Below are positions 29,376 to 37,619 of a stretch of 64,000 nucleotides of DNA, in pieces. The position numbers were made by a program, and so were the translations under genes. How positions within the stretch are numbered: position 1 is the first letter of the stretch; every line of letters begins with the position of its first letter. This DNA comes from Akkermansiaceae bacterium (GTDB taxonomy: Bacteria > Verrucomicrobiota > Verrucomicrobiia > Verrucomicrobiales > Akkermansiaceae), in contig JBPOGF010000001.1 of NCBI GenBank assembly GCA_051251915.1, positions 192,001 through 256,000 on the forward strand. Direction: 5' to 3'. Under the pieces are notes generated by a model, which searched no databases, was not told where the DNA came from, and saw only the letters and a program-made list of their open reading frames with translations.

Positions 29376-30179
29376 TTAGCGAGGGACTAGGGGTTGGTGT
29401 TGTGTAGGCTGCATGGGGCGGGTTTTGATGTCAGTGAGTTCTACTTCGTAGATGAGCATTGAATTTGGTGATATTTTAGGTCCTTGGCGGAGTTCGCCGA
29501 AGCCGAGTGCCGCAGGGACGTAGAGTTTCCATTTAGAACCAATGGGCATCATTTTTAGTGCTTCTGCGAGGCCGTGGATTACTTGTAGGTTGAATGGCAT
29601 GGCTTCATCTCCTGGAGTCTCCATGAAGATGGTTCCGTCGAGGAGGGTGCCTTTGCATTTGAGGTGAAACTCTGTGGCATTATCCATTCCATTTACTGAT
29701 CCTGTTGGTGGGGTGTATTTTTTGCCGGTGCCTTTTGTGAGGATTTCATACTGGAGTTCGCTGCCAGTGGTGATGACTTCTTTGCGTTTGCCGTTCTTTT
29801 CGAGGAAGGCTTTTTCAGCGGCTTCATTTGCTTTAGCGAATGCGCGCTCGCGCTCTGAGACGATCATGTCATAGGCTTTCATGGCCTGATCATAGGCGAC
29901 GGGGTCTTTGCCGAAATCTTTTTTTAGTAGCGCTTCCATGAGGCCTTTAACGTATGCTTCTTTGTCAATATCTTCAGCGATGAAGCCGTAGGAGGCAAAT
30001 TGCTCACCGTTTTGGAAGCCTAGTCCGTAGCTCATGTCTTCTTTCACGGCTACTTTGTCAGTGGCTGTGGCGGTGGAGACATCGATAGGTGGTTTGATTT
30101 TATCTTGGGCAAAGAGTGAAGTCGTTGTGCTGAGGCAGGCAGCTACGCTGAGTAGAGTAGTTTTGGATAGAGTATTCAT
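29376..30179 (-). CDS. FKBP-type peptidyl-prolyl isomerase (FkpA/Mip-like)
   Basis: Signal peptide; SYGLG..G; LQYEIL..GTG; GTLLDGT; GSKWKLYVPAALGFG; PNSMLIYEVEL. Confidence 0.88.
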   Translation of the reverse strand: MNTLSKTTLLSVAACLSTTTSLFAQDKIKPPIDVSTATATDKVAVKEDMSYGLGFQNGEQFASYGFIAEDIDKEAYVKGLMEALLKKDFGKDPVAYDQAMKAYDMIVSERERAFAKANEAAEKAFLEKNGKRKEVITTGSELQYEILTKGTGKKYTPPTGSVNGMDNATEFHLKCKGTLLDGTIFMETPGDEAMPFNLQVIHGLAEALKMMPIGSKWKLYVPAALGFGELRQGPKISPNSMLIYEVELTDIKTRPMQPTQHQPLVPR

Positions 30180-30311
30180 GGTGATTCAATCGTTTTCTTA
30201 GAATGATGGATAATGTTTATTGCTGGGAAGTCTAGCTTACTTGATCTTTGTAGATTCAAAATGAACAAAGATGGCCTGAGCTACCAGCAAAAATGGTCGA
30301 GGGTGGTGGAT

Positions 30312-31673
30312 TTACCTATCTAAGTTATAGAGCTTCTTGGGCTGTGGGATGATGACTTCGGTGTTAGGTAGTTTTTCTGCTAGCTGGTCACGGAACCATT
30401 CGCTGGCTTCAATGTCTCCGTGGACGAGGAACATTTTACGCGGGGCTACCTTAAGCATGTAAGTTAGGAGGGCTTGGCGGTCTGCGTGTCCTGAGAAGTC
30501 AAAGATGTCCATACGGCAGTTGAACTGGACAGGGGTGAGTTCTGGGCTGAGCGTGATCATGTCGCCTTGCTTGGATGCGCGGATGGCTCCGGCGGGTGAG
30601 TCTGGGGCTGCGTAACCGACGAAGAGGAGTGAGTTCTTAGGGTTAGACATGAAGCGGTGAGCGAAGCCATTAGAGGTGGTTTTCTCTGTCATCATGCCGC
30701 TGGAGAGGGCGTAGATGGCTCCTGGTTGATAGGCGATGGGTTTGCGTGAGCCTTTTTTGGAGGCGGCGCGAACGTCCATGTCGCGGAAGATCTCGAAGCC
30801 GGGCATTTGGCGTGGGGTGGAGTCTGCGAACTCGTCAAAGAGGATGGTCATTTTGGTGCTGAGACCTCCGATGTAGATGGGGGTTTTCTCAGGGATTCTG
30901 CCGCTTTGTTTGAACTTGTGGAGCATGGTTAGGACTTCTTGGGTCTTGCCCATGGCGAAGACAGGGAGGAGTGCTGAGCCGCCGCCATTGATTGTTTCTA
31001 AGATGGCGTCACAGAGTTTCTGTTCTTCTTTTTCTCGTTCATAGGCTGGGTCACGAGGGACTGAGCCTCGGGTGGTTTCGATGATGAGGGTGTCTATGCC
31101 TTCTTCAGGGAATTTAGCTCCTGTGATGAGGGTTGAGTCTTCGAAGTTGATGTCGCCGGTGTAGAAGACGCGTTGGTCGTCTTTTTCTACCATGATGCCT
31201 GATGAGCCTAGGATGTGGCCGGCATCGAATAGCTGGGCGGAGGTGTCTAGGGTGAGGTCGATGCGCTCGCCGTAGTTACGTTTGCGCCAGCGTTCTTCTA
31301 GACGGTCTAGCTCGCGGTGGCCGTAGAGTGGGTAGTCAGTGATGCCTAGTTCGGTTCGCTTGCTCTGCATGACGTTGACTGAGTTGTGTAGCAGGGCGTC
31401 TGTTAGGCCTGCTGTGGCCTCGGTCATGTAGACTGCTGCGTTTGGTTGGTCGCGCATGAGGACGGGTAGAGTTCCCGCGTGGTCGAGGTGGCTGTGGCTT
31501 AGGAAGATGGCGTCGACGGAGTTGTGCGGGAGTTCTTCGTATTGAGGCATGGCCTGGGTGCTTTCCTCTTTGGGGTGCATCCCTGCATCGAATACTATTT
31601 TGCAATCTCCTGTGTCTAACATGTAGCAGTTAGAGCCTATCTCGGTGTCTCTTAGTAGACTTTGAAAAATCAT
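30312..31673 (-). CDS. Beta-CASP MBL-fold nuclease (Ysh1/CPSF73-like)
   Basis: IGSNCY, SHSHLDHAG, AGHILGS, YTGD, FAMGKTQE, FSGHAD, LVHGD. Confidence 0.88.
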   Translation of the reverse strand: MIFQSLLRDTEIGSNCYMLDTGDCKIVFDAGMHPKEESTQAMPQYEELPHNSVDAIFLSHSHLDHAGTLPVLMRDQPNAAVYMTEATAGLTDALLHNSVNVMQSKRTELGITDYPLYGHRELDRLEERWRKRNYGERIDLTLDTSAQLFDAGHILGSSGIMVEKDDQRVFYTGDINFEDSTLITGAKFPEEGIDTLIIETTRGSVPRDPAYEREKEEQKLCDAILETINGGGSALLPVFAMGKTQEVLTMLHKFKQSGRIPEKTPIYIGGLSTKMTILFDEFADSTPRQMPGFEIFRDMDVRAASKKGSRKPIAYQPGAIYALSSGMMTEKTTSNGFAHRFMSNPKNSLLFVGYAAPDSPAGAIRASKQGDMITLSPELTPVQFNCRMDIFDFSGHADRQALLTYMLKVAPRKMFLVHGDIEASEWFRDQLAEKLPNTEVIIPQPKKLYNLDR

Positions 31674-31733
31674 TATGAGTTAAAGTTTCATGGTCGTTTT
31701 ATAATAGCGAGAATAAAAATAACCGTGATTTGG

Positions 31734-33569
31734 TTAAATAAGGTCGGTTTTGAGTTTTTTCCAGCCGATGATGGCTTCGTAGATCATCCATATTTCTAGT
31801 AGGATGGTGGTGAGTCCCATGGCGACGAGTAGCCATTGGCTTTGGTCGATCCAGCTTTTGTCAGAGCCGATGGCGGAGATGAAGACTTGGTAGAGCATGG
31901 CCCAGGCTGGGATGATGAGCATGAAGATGGTGGGGATGGTGATGAACCAGGTGGGGAGGTTTCTGCGTTTCATCCAGAAGAGGATGACTAGGAATGCGAG
32001 TCCGCCGAGGAGCTGGTTCATGGCGCCGAAGAGTGGCCAGAGGATGACGCCGCCGGAGCCGGCTTTGCCGAGGAGGGTGGTGGCGCCGGGTTGGGCGGGG
32101 ATGGCGGCGATGATGAAGGCGATGACGATGGCGATGATGGTGACTAGGTGTTTGTTGGTGAGTGGGTGGGGTTTGAGTTTGTGGATTTCTTCTTTGTAGA
32201 CGAAGCATCCGATGAGTTCTTGGAGGACGTAGCGCTGGAGGCGGCAGGCTGTGTCTAGGGTGGTGGCTGCGAATGAGGCGACGAATACTCCCATGAGGGC
32301 GAGTGAGAATCCTTTGCTGAAGCCGAGGGCGGCGAGGAAATTGCTGGCTCCTACGACGAAGGCGCTGACTTTGGGGCCGAGGCCTTGGGAGCTGCCCCAG
32401 TCTGCGTATTTGGTGTTCCAGGCGTCTACTCCTGTGAGGAGTGTGCCGTCTGCGGTGGTGAATCCTAGGCCGAGTCCGGCGACGCAGGCGAGGATGACTA
32501 GGACGGCGAGGAAGCCTTCGGTGAGCATGGAGCCGAAGCCTACGAACTTGGCGTCGGTCTCGCATTTGAGTTGCTTAGAGGAGGTGCCGGAGGAGACTAG
32601 GCAGTGGAAGCCGGAGATGGCGCCGCAGGCGATGGTGACGAAGAGGAATGGGAAGATTAGGGGTAAGTTTTTGGCGGTGACGTTTTCTTCTAGTGCTGGG
32701 GCGACGATTTCTAGTGGGGGACGGATTCCTCCTGCTTCAGTGGGGCTGCCGCCGAAGAGGCCGGCGTAGACTAGGCCTAGGACTACGAGGCCGAGGGCGG
32801 AGATGAGCTGGAGGGAGTTGATGTAGTCTCGGGGTTGGAGGAGTGTCCAGACTGGGAGGACTGAGGCGATGTAGGAGTAGACTAGGAGGACTCCGACCCA
32901 GGTCATGAGTGACCAGTTACTGAGGGTTTCATTGAATCCGTGGACGAGGCCGATGTCTCCGTAGATGACGGAGAGGTACATGATGATGAGGGAAATGATG
33001 GAGGGGATGAGGATGTTTAGGCCTTTTTTGTGGGCTAGGGTTCCGATGATGAGGGCGAGGGGGATCTGGATCATGCAGGGGGTGATGGCTGCGGGATACA
33101 TGCGGAAGACTACGGCGATGACGAGGCCGAAGATGGCTAGGACGAGGGTGAGTGCCATGAAGAGGATGAGGAGGAAGAGAAATCTTACCCGTGGGGTGAT
33201 GACTCTGCCTGCGATGTCGCCTACGGTTTGGCCTTTGTTTCTGAGGGAGACTACGAGGGAGCCGAGGTCATGGACTGCGCCGATGAAGATGGAGCCGAAT
33301 AGGACCCAGAGGAGTGCGGGGACCCAGCCCCACATGACGGCGAGGGCGGGGCCTACGATGGGGCCGGTGCCGGCGATGGAGGTGAAGTGGTGGCCGAAGA
33401 CGATGCCTTTGTTGGTGGGGACGTAGTCTTGCCCGTCTTCGAGCTCGATGGAGGGGACGCGGATGTTTTTTTCTAGTTTGAAAATTTTCTCACCGAGCCA
33501 TTTGCCGTAGGTGTTGTAGGCGATGATGTAGAGGATGAGCGATCCTAGTGCGATGGCGAGTGTTTGCAT
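31734..33569 (-). CDS. cstA: Carbon starvation protein A (peptide/pyruvate transporter)
   Basis: DGQDYVPT..FGHHFTSIAGTGPIVGP, LLQPRDYIN, TIACGAISGFH, WPLFG.MNQL. Confidence 0.93.
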   Translation of the reverse strand: MQTLAIALGSLILYIIAYNTYGKWLGEKIFKLEKNIRVPSIELEDGQDYVPTNKGIVFGHHFTSIAGTGPIVGPALAVMWGWVPALLWVLFGSIFIGAVHDLGSLVVSLRNKGQTVGDIAGRVITPRVRFLFLLILFMALTLVLAIFGLVIAVVFRMYPAAITPCMIQIPLALIIGTLAHKKGLNILIPSIISLIIMYLSVIYGDIGLVHGFNETLSNWSLMTWVGVLLVYSYIASVLPVWTLLQPRDYINSLQLISALGLVVLGLVYAGLFGGSPTEAGGIRPPLEIVAPALEENVTAKNLPLIFPFLFVTIACGAISGFHCLVSSGTSSKQLKCETDAKFVGFGSMLTEGFLAVLVILACVAGLGLGFTTADGTLLTGVDAWNTKYADWGSSQGLGPKVSAFVVGASNFLAALGFSKGFSLALMGVFVASFAATTLDTACRLQRYVLQELIGCFVYKEEIHKLKPHPLTNKHLVTIIAIVIAFIIAAIPAQPGATTLLGKAGSGGVILWPLFGAMNQLLGGLAFLVILFWMKRRNLPTWFITIPTIFMLIIPAWAMLYQVFISAIGSDKSWIDQSQWLLVAMGLTTILLEIWMIYEAIIGWKKLKTDLI

Positions 33570-33626
33570 TTCTTAGACATAGATGACTGGAAATACGAAA
33601 TCAACTATGAAGATGATCCCTGATTG

Positions 33627-33998
33627 TCATGAATCTTCGAGGTGCTCGTCGTCTGCTTCGCTTTGGTCGTCCTCGTGGTGTTCTTCTTGGATGATTTCGC
33701 CATTTTCTAGGGCTGCCATGCGGATGTGTTCTTCTTCGTGGGAGACGATTTGGAGGGTGGCGTTGATGCCTTCTCGGATGGCGGCGGCTTTGAGGACGTT
33801 GCGGATGGCGCTGGCTGTGAAGCCGTTTTTGCCGATGAGGATGGCGACGTCTTGCTGGGAGACGATGAGGCGGAATCGGATGAGTTTCTGGTCATCGCTG
33901 GCCTCGGCTACTCTGAGCTGGGCTTGGTCTGGCTGGGTGATGAATTGCAGTGCGATGAACTGGAGGAAGTTGCGCATTTGTTCAGTGACTTCTTGCAT
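33627..33998 (-). CDS. khpA: KH-domain RNA-binding protein (KhpA-like)
   Basis: LIGKNGFTASAIR (GxxG loop); acidic tail. Confidence 0.8.
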   Translation of the reverse strand: MQEVTEQMRNFLQFIALQFITQPDQAQLRVAEASDDQKLIRFRLIVSQQDVAILIGKNGFTASAIRNVLKAAAIREGINATLQIVSHEEEHIRMAALENGEIIQEEHHEDDQSEADDEHLEDS

Positions 33999-34074
33999 TT
34001 AGGTATTGTGAATCATGTGTGGGGATCTGCAATGATTATTATGGCAAATGAGGGGGTGGGAATTTACAGTGGGG

Positions 34075-34630
34075 GTTTTTATCACGGATATGACGAATGT
34101 TTTATTAATATGGTGTACGATGAAGCTTTTTATTGACTGCGAAATACATGGAAATTATGAAAGTTTTTTGGGTTGTGGGGGCTTGGGTTGATGGAGCTTT
34201 TGACCACGAATCTGCACGAATTTTCACGAATGGTGGACGATGAAGCCTTGGTTGATGGGTTTTTTAACCGCTGAAGGTGCTGGACTTGGGTTGATGAGAT
34301 GAAGCTTGGTTGATGGATTTTTTTGAACCACGGAAGGCTCTGAAAGCACGGAACTTGGTTGATGGAACGGGAACTTGGGTTGATGGAGCTTTTGACCTCG
34401 GATAGATACGAATTTTTACGAATGGTGGACGATGGAACTTTTTTAACAGAATTTCAAAATTGGGCAGAATTTTACTTGGGTTGATGAAATGGAGGCTGTT
34501 GATGGATTTTTTTGAACCACGGAAGGCTCTGAAAGCACGGAACTTGGTTGATGGAACGGGGGCTTGGGTTGATGGGATGGAATTTGGGGTGATGTGGGTG
34601 ATAAGTTTTGTGTATTCTGTGGAAAAATTA
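34075..34630. repeat. Mosaic repeat array of constant linkers plus variable short-period modules, with a ~190-bp higher-order duplication
   Basis: About 10 copies of TTGG(G)TTGATG; an identical 63-bp block at 34309-34371 and 34498-34560; near-duplicate blocks starting at 34182 and 34374. Confidence 0.9.
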
Positions 34631-34665
34631 CTCGTTTAAATGCTTTGATTCCGTATGGTCTTGGC

Positions 34666-35460
34666 ATGCGCTACGGAGAGAAATTACAGAAGAGAATGGT
34701 GGAGACTGGGTCTAGGTTGTGTGTGGGGCTTGATCCTAGGCCGGATGAGGCTGGGATAGAGGCGGTGCCGGAGTTTTTGGATCGGGTGGTGGGTGAGACT
34801 TGGGAGTATGCGGCGGCGTTTAAGCCGAATATGGCGTATTTTGAGGCGATGGGGATACGTGGGTTGGAGATTTTAGAGGAGCTACTGGGGAAGATGCCTA
34901 AGGAGGTGCCGGTGATTCTGGATGCGAAGCGGTCTGATATTGGTGAGACGCAGAAGTATTATGCGAAGAGTTATTTTGAGAATTGGGATGTGGATGCGGT
35001 GACGCTGAATCCGTTTTTGGGTTATGATACGCTGGAGCCGTTTTTGGATTGGGAGGGGAAGGGGATTTATGTGTTGGCGGTGACTTCTAATCCTGGGAGT
35101 GCGGACTTTATGAGGCAGAAGTTAGATCCGTCGGAACATGGTGATAGGTATGTGTTTGAGTTGGTGCAGGAGATTTGTAGTAGGGCGGCGGCTGAGAAGC
35201 GGAAGACGGATGTGGGGATGGTAGTGGGGTTGACGAATGCTAGTGAGGATGTGCTGGAGAGGGTGTTAGATTTTCCATTGTTGATTCCGGGGCTGGGTGC
35301 TCAGGGGGGGGATTTGAATAATATGGCTGGGAAGGGGAGGACTGCGCCGGATACGATTAATGTGTCGCGTGGGATTACTTATAAGGAGATGGAGAAGAGT
35401 TATGGGCAGAAGGCGAAGGAGTGGGCTGATAAGATAGCGGCGGCTTATCCGGTGTCCTGA
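34666..35460 (+). CDS. pyrF: Orotidine-5'-phosphate decarboxylase
   Basis: LCVGLDP, FKPNMAYFE, ILDAKRSDIGET, TSNPGS, LIPGLGAQGG, NVSRGI. Confidence 0.95.
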   Translation: MRYGEKLQKRMVETGSRLCVGLDPRPDEAGIEAVPEFLDRVVGETWEYAAAFKPNMAYFEAMGIRGLEILEELLGKMPKEVPVILDAKRSDIGETQKYYAKSYFENWDVDAVTLNPFLGYDTLEPFLDWEGKGIYVLAVTSNPGSADFMRQKLDPSEHGDRYVFELVQEICSRAAAEKRKTDVGMVVGLTNASEDVLERVLDFPLLIPGLGAQGGDLNNMAGKGRTAPDTINVSRGITYKEMEKSYGQKAKEWADKIAAAYPVS

Positions 35461-35468
35461 TATTAAGG

Positions 35469-36530
35469 ATGATGTTAGATTCTCTGCGGTTGCAAAATTT
35501 CCGATGTTTTGATGCTCTTTCTATTGAGTTAGAGCGGGGGGGAGCTTTGTTTGTGGGGGATAATGCGCAGGGGAAGACTTCTATTTTGGAGGCGGTTTGT
35601 GTGTTGTTGCGGTTGAGTTCGCCTAGGGCAAAGCGGATGCAGCCGATGGTGAAGTTTGATGCTGAGCATGGTTTTGGGGTCGCGGGGGATGCTGGGGATA
35701 GGGCGCTACGGGTAAGTTTTTCTAAGGGGAAGGCGGTGATGAGTGTGGATGGTGAGGAGCTGGGGACGCAGACGGAGTATTTGCAGAGTAGTGGGCTGGT
35801 GGTGTGGATGGGGAATGAGGATGTGGAGTTGGTGAAGGGGAGTGGTGGTGTGAGGAGGCATTATTTGGATTTTCTTTGTTCGCAGATTGATGCGGGGTAT
35901 CGGGTGGCGTTGAGTCGGTATAGGCGGGTGCTGAAGGCTAGGAATTTGCTGTTGAAGGATGGCAGAAATAGGGATGGGGAGGTGAATGCTTATGGGGAGT
36001 TGTTGATAGAGTATGGAGATGTGTTAGGGGCTGTTAGAGAGCAGGTGGTGGGTGAGCTTTTGCCGAAGGCTGCGGCGGTGCAGGTGGCGATAAGTGGGAG
36101 AAATGAGGAGCTGGAGATGGAGTATATTTCAGGGAGTGGGGGTGATATGAGGCGTGCGCTGGAGACGACTTATGAGAGTGAGCGTAGGCAGAGGCAGACT
36201 GTGGCTGGGCCGCATAGGGATGAGGTGAAGTTGTTGATCAATGGGATGTCTGCGAGTGATTATGCGAGTGAGGGGCAGCAACGGACGATGGCGTTGGCGT
36301 TGAAGTTGGCGCAGGGTGAGATTTTGCGTGAGCGGGGTGGGAGGTTTCCGATTTATTTGTTGGATGATATTTTTGGGGAGTTGGATTCTGCGCGGAGGAA
36401 TGCGTTGATGAATCATTTGCCGGAGGACTCGCAGAAGTTGATCACGACGACGAATGTGGACTGGTTGAGTGGGGAGATGGGGTTGGAAGGGTGGAGTAGG
36501 TATAGGGTGAATGAGGGTGGGGTGTCATGA
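35469..36530 (+). CDS. recF: DNA replication/repair protein RecF
   Basis: NFRCF, GDNAQGKTSILEA, GPHRDE, SEGQQR, LLDDIFGELD. Confidence 0.95.
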   Translation: MMLDSLRLQNFRCFDALSIELERGGALFVGDNAQGKTSILEAVCVLLRLSSPRAKRMQPMVKFDAEHGFGVAGDAGDRALRVSFSKGKAVMSVDGEELGTQTEYLQSSGLVVWMGNEDVELVKGSGGVRRHYLDFLCSQIDAGYRVALSRYRRVLKARNLLLKDGRNRDGEVNAYGELLIEYGDVLGAVREQVVGELLPKAAAVQVAISGRNEELEMEYISGSGGDMRRALETTYESERRQRQTVAGPHRDEVKLLINGMSASDYASEGQQRTMALALKLAQGEILRERGGRFPIYLLDDIFGELDSARRNALMNHLPEDSQKLITTTNVDWLSGEMGLEGWSRYRVNEGGVS

Positions 36531-37207
36531 AGACGGCGTTTCCTGAGACGGTGAAGATTTTGGCTGGGCAGATAGCGGAGGCGCGGGTGGATCATGCTGC
36601 GTTTGAGGTGTTGTTGAGGCCTTGTGAGATGTCTAGGTGTAGGGCGACTTGTTGTTATGATGGGGTGCATGTTTCTGAGGAGGAGGCGGGGTATATTAGG
36701 GAGGTTGTTAGAGGTAAGTTTTCTGGGGTGTTAGATTTTGAGTCTGTGATTGTTTCTAGTGGGAAGGGGCAGAAGACGGCGACGCGTGAGGCGGTGGAGG
36801 GGGAGTTGGCGGTGGATTTTCCGGGGCATTTTGCGAGGACTCGGTGTGTGTTTTTGGATGGTGATGGGTATTGTGGGTTGCAGAAGTTGGCGATGGATGA
36901 GGGTGTGGATGCTTGGCAGCATAAGCCGTTGACTTGCTGGATGCATCCGTTGGTATTGGTGCCGGCTGGGAAGTGGGAGGATAGGCCGGTGTTGACGCTT
37001 GTGAATGCGGGGAATGATCCGCAGAAATCTGGTGAGTATGCGGGGTATGCGTCTTGCACGCATTGTGGGCGTGAGGATGCAGGTGGGAGGCCTGCTTGGC
37101 AGGTGTTAGAGGCGGAGCTGAGACGGTTGGGGGAGCTTTGTGGGCGGGATATTTATGGTGAGCTTAGTGCGGAGGAGGTGGAGTGGGTGATTGATGAGAG
37201 TTTATGA
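36527..37207 (+). CDS. Cys-rich putative Zn/Fe-chelating protein (DUF3109-like)
   Basis: C..SRC..TCC.DG, CVFL....CGLQ, KPLTCWMHP. Confidence 0.7.
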   Translation: MKTAFPETVKILAGQIAEARVDHAAFEVLLRPCEMSRCRATCCYDGVHVSEEEAGYIREVVRGKFSGVLDFESVIVSSGKGQKTATREAVEGELAVDFPGHFARTRCVFLDGDGYCGLQKLAMDEGVDAWQHKPLTCWMHPLVLVPAGKWEDRPVLTLVNAGNDPQKSGEYAGYASCTHCGREDAGGRPAWQVLEAELRRLGELCGRDIYGELSAEEVEWVIDESL

Positions 37208-37587
37208 AAGACGGACGATTGATATTTATTTATGGGACCTTGAGGAAGGGTGGGAGAGCTCATCATTTGATGAATGGTGCGGAGTTTGTGGGGTTTGGGT
37301 CTGTGGAGGGTGGGTTGGTGCATGTGGATCAGTATCCGGGGTTGTTGAAGCTGAAGGGGGAGCGGGTGAAGGGTGAAGTTTATAGGGTTAGTGAGGAGAT
37401 GGTACCTGGATTAGATCAGTATGAAGGGTGCTTTGAATCTCCGCCGCATTATGCACGTGAGAGGATCGATGTGGTGTTAGAAGGTGGGGAGGCTGTTGAG
37501 ACTGAGGTGTATCAGTTTTTGTTGCTTGAAGATCATCATGAGAGAATTGTTTCGGGTGATTGGTTTGATTGGTTGCAGGGCAATTAG
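37204..37587 (+). CDS. Gamma-glutamylcyclotransferase (AIG2-like)
   Basis: FIYGTLRKG, YPGL, VKGEVY, LDQYEG, SGDW. Confidence 0.9.
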   Translation: MKDGRLIFIYGTLRKGGRAHHLMNGAEFVGFGSVEGGLVHVDQYPGLLKLKGERVKGEVYRVSEEMVPGLDQYEGCFESPPHYARERIDVVLEGGEAVETEVYQFLLLEDHHERIVSGDWFDWLQGN

Positions 37588-37619
37588 TGGTGGGTTTTGT
37601 TTTTGTAGGGGTGTTTTTT

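Noticed and set aside
31861..33426. Long alternative-frame ORFs over cstA, and similar R/H/P-rich or M/S/R-rich ORFs throughout (e.g. 42031-42642, 57612-58151, 60157-60933)
   Set aside because: They are shadow ORFs produced by the extreme strand skew; they overlap well-supported genes and have no family motifs.
34075..34630. CRISPR array
   Set aside because: The repeats are only ~12 bp and irregularly spaced, the spacers are internally periodic and duplicated, and no cas genes lie in the window.
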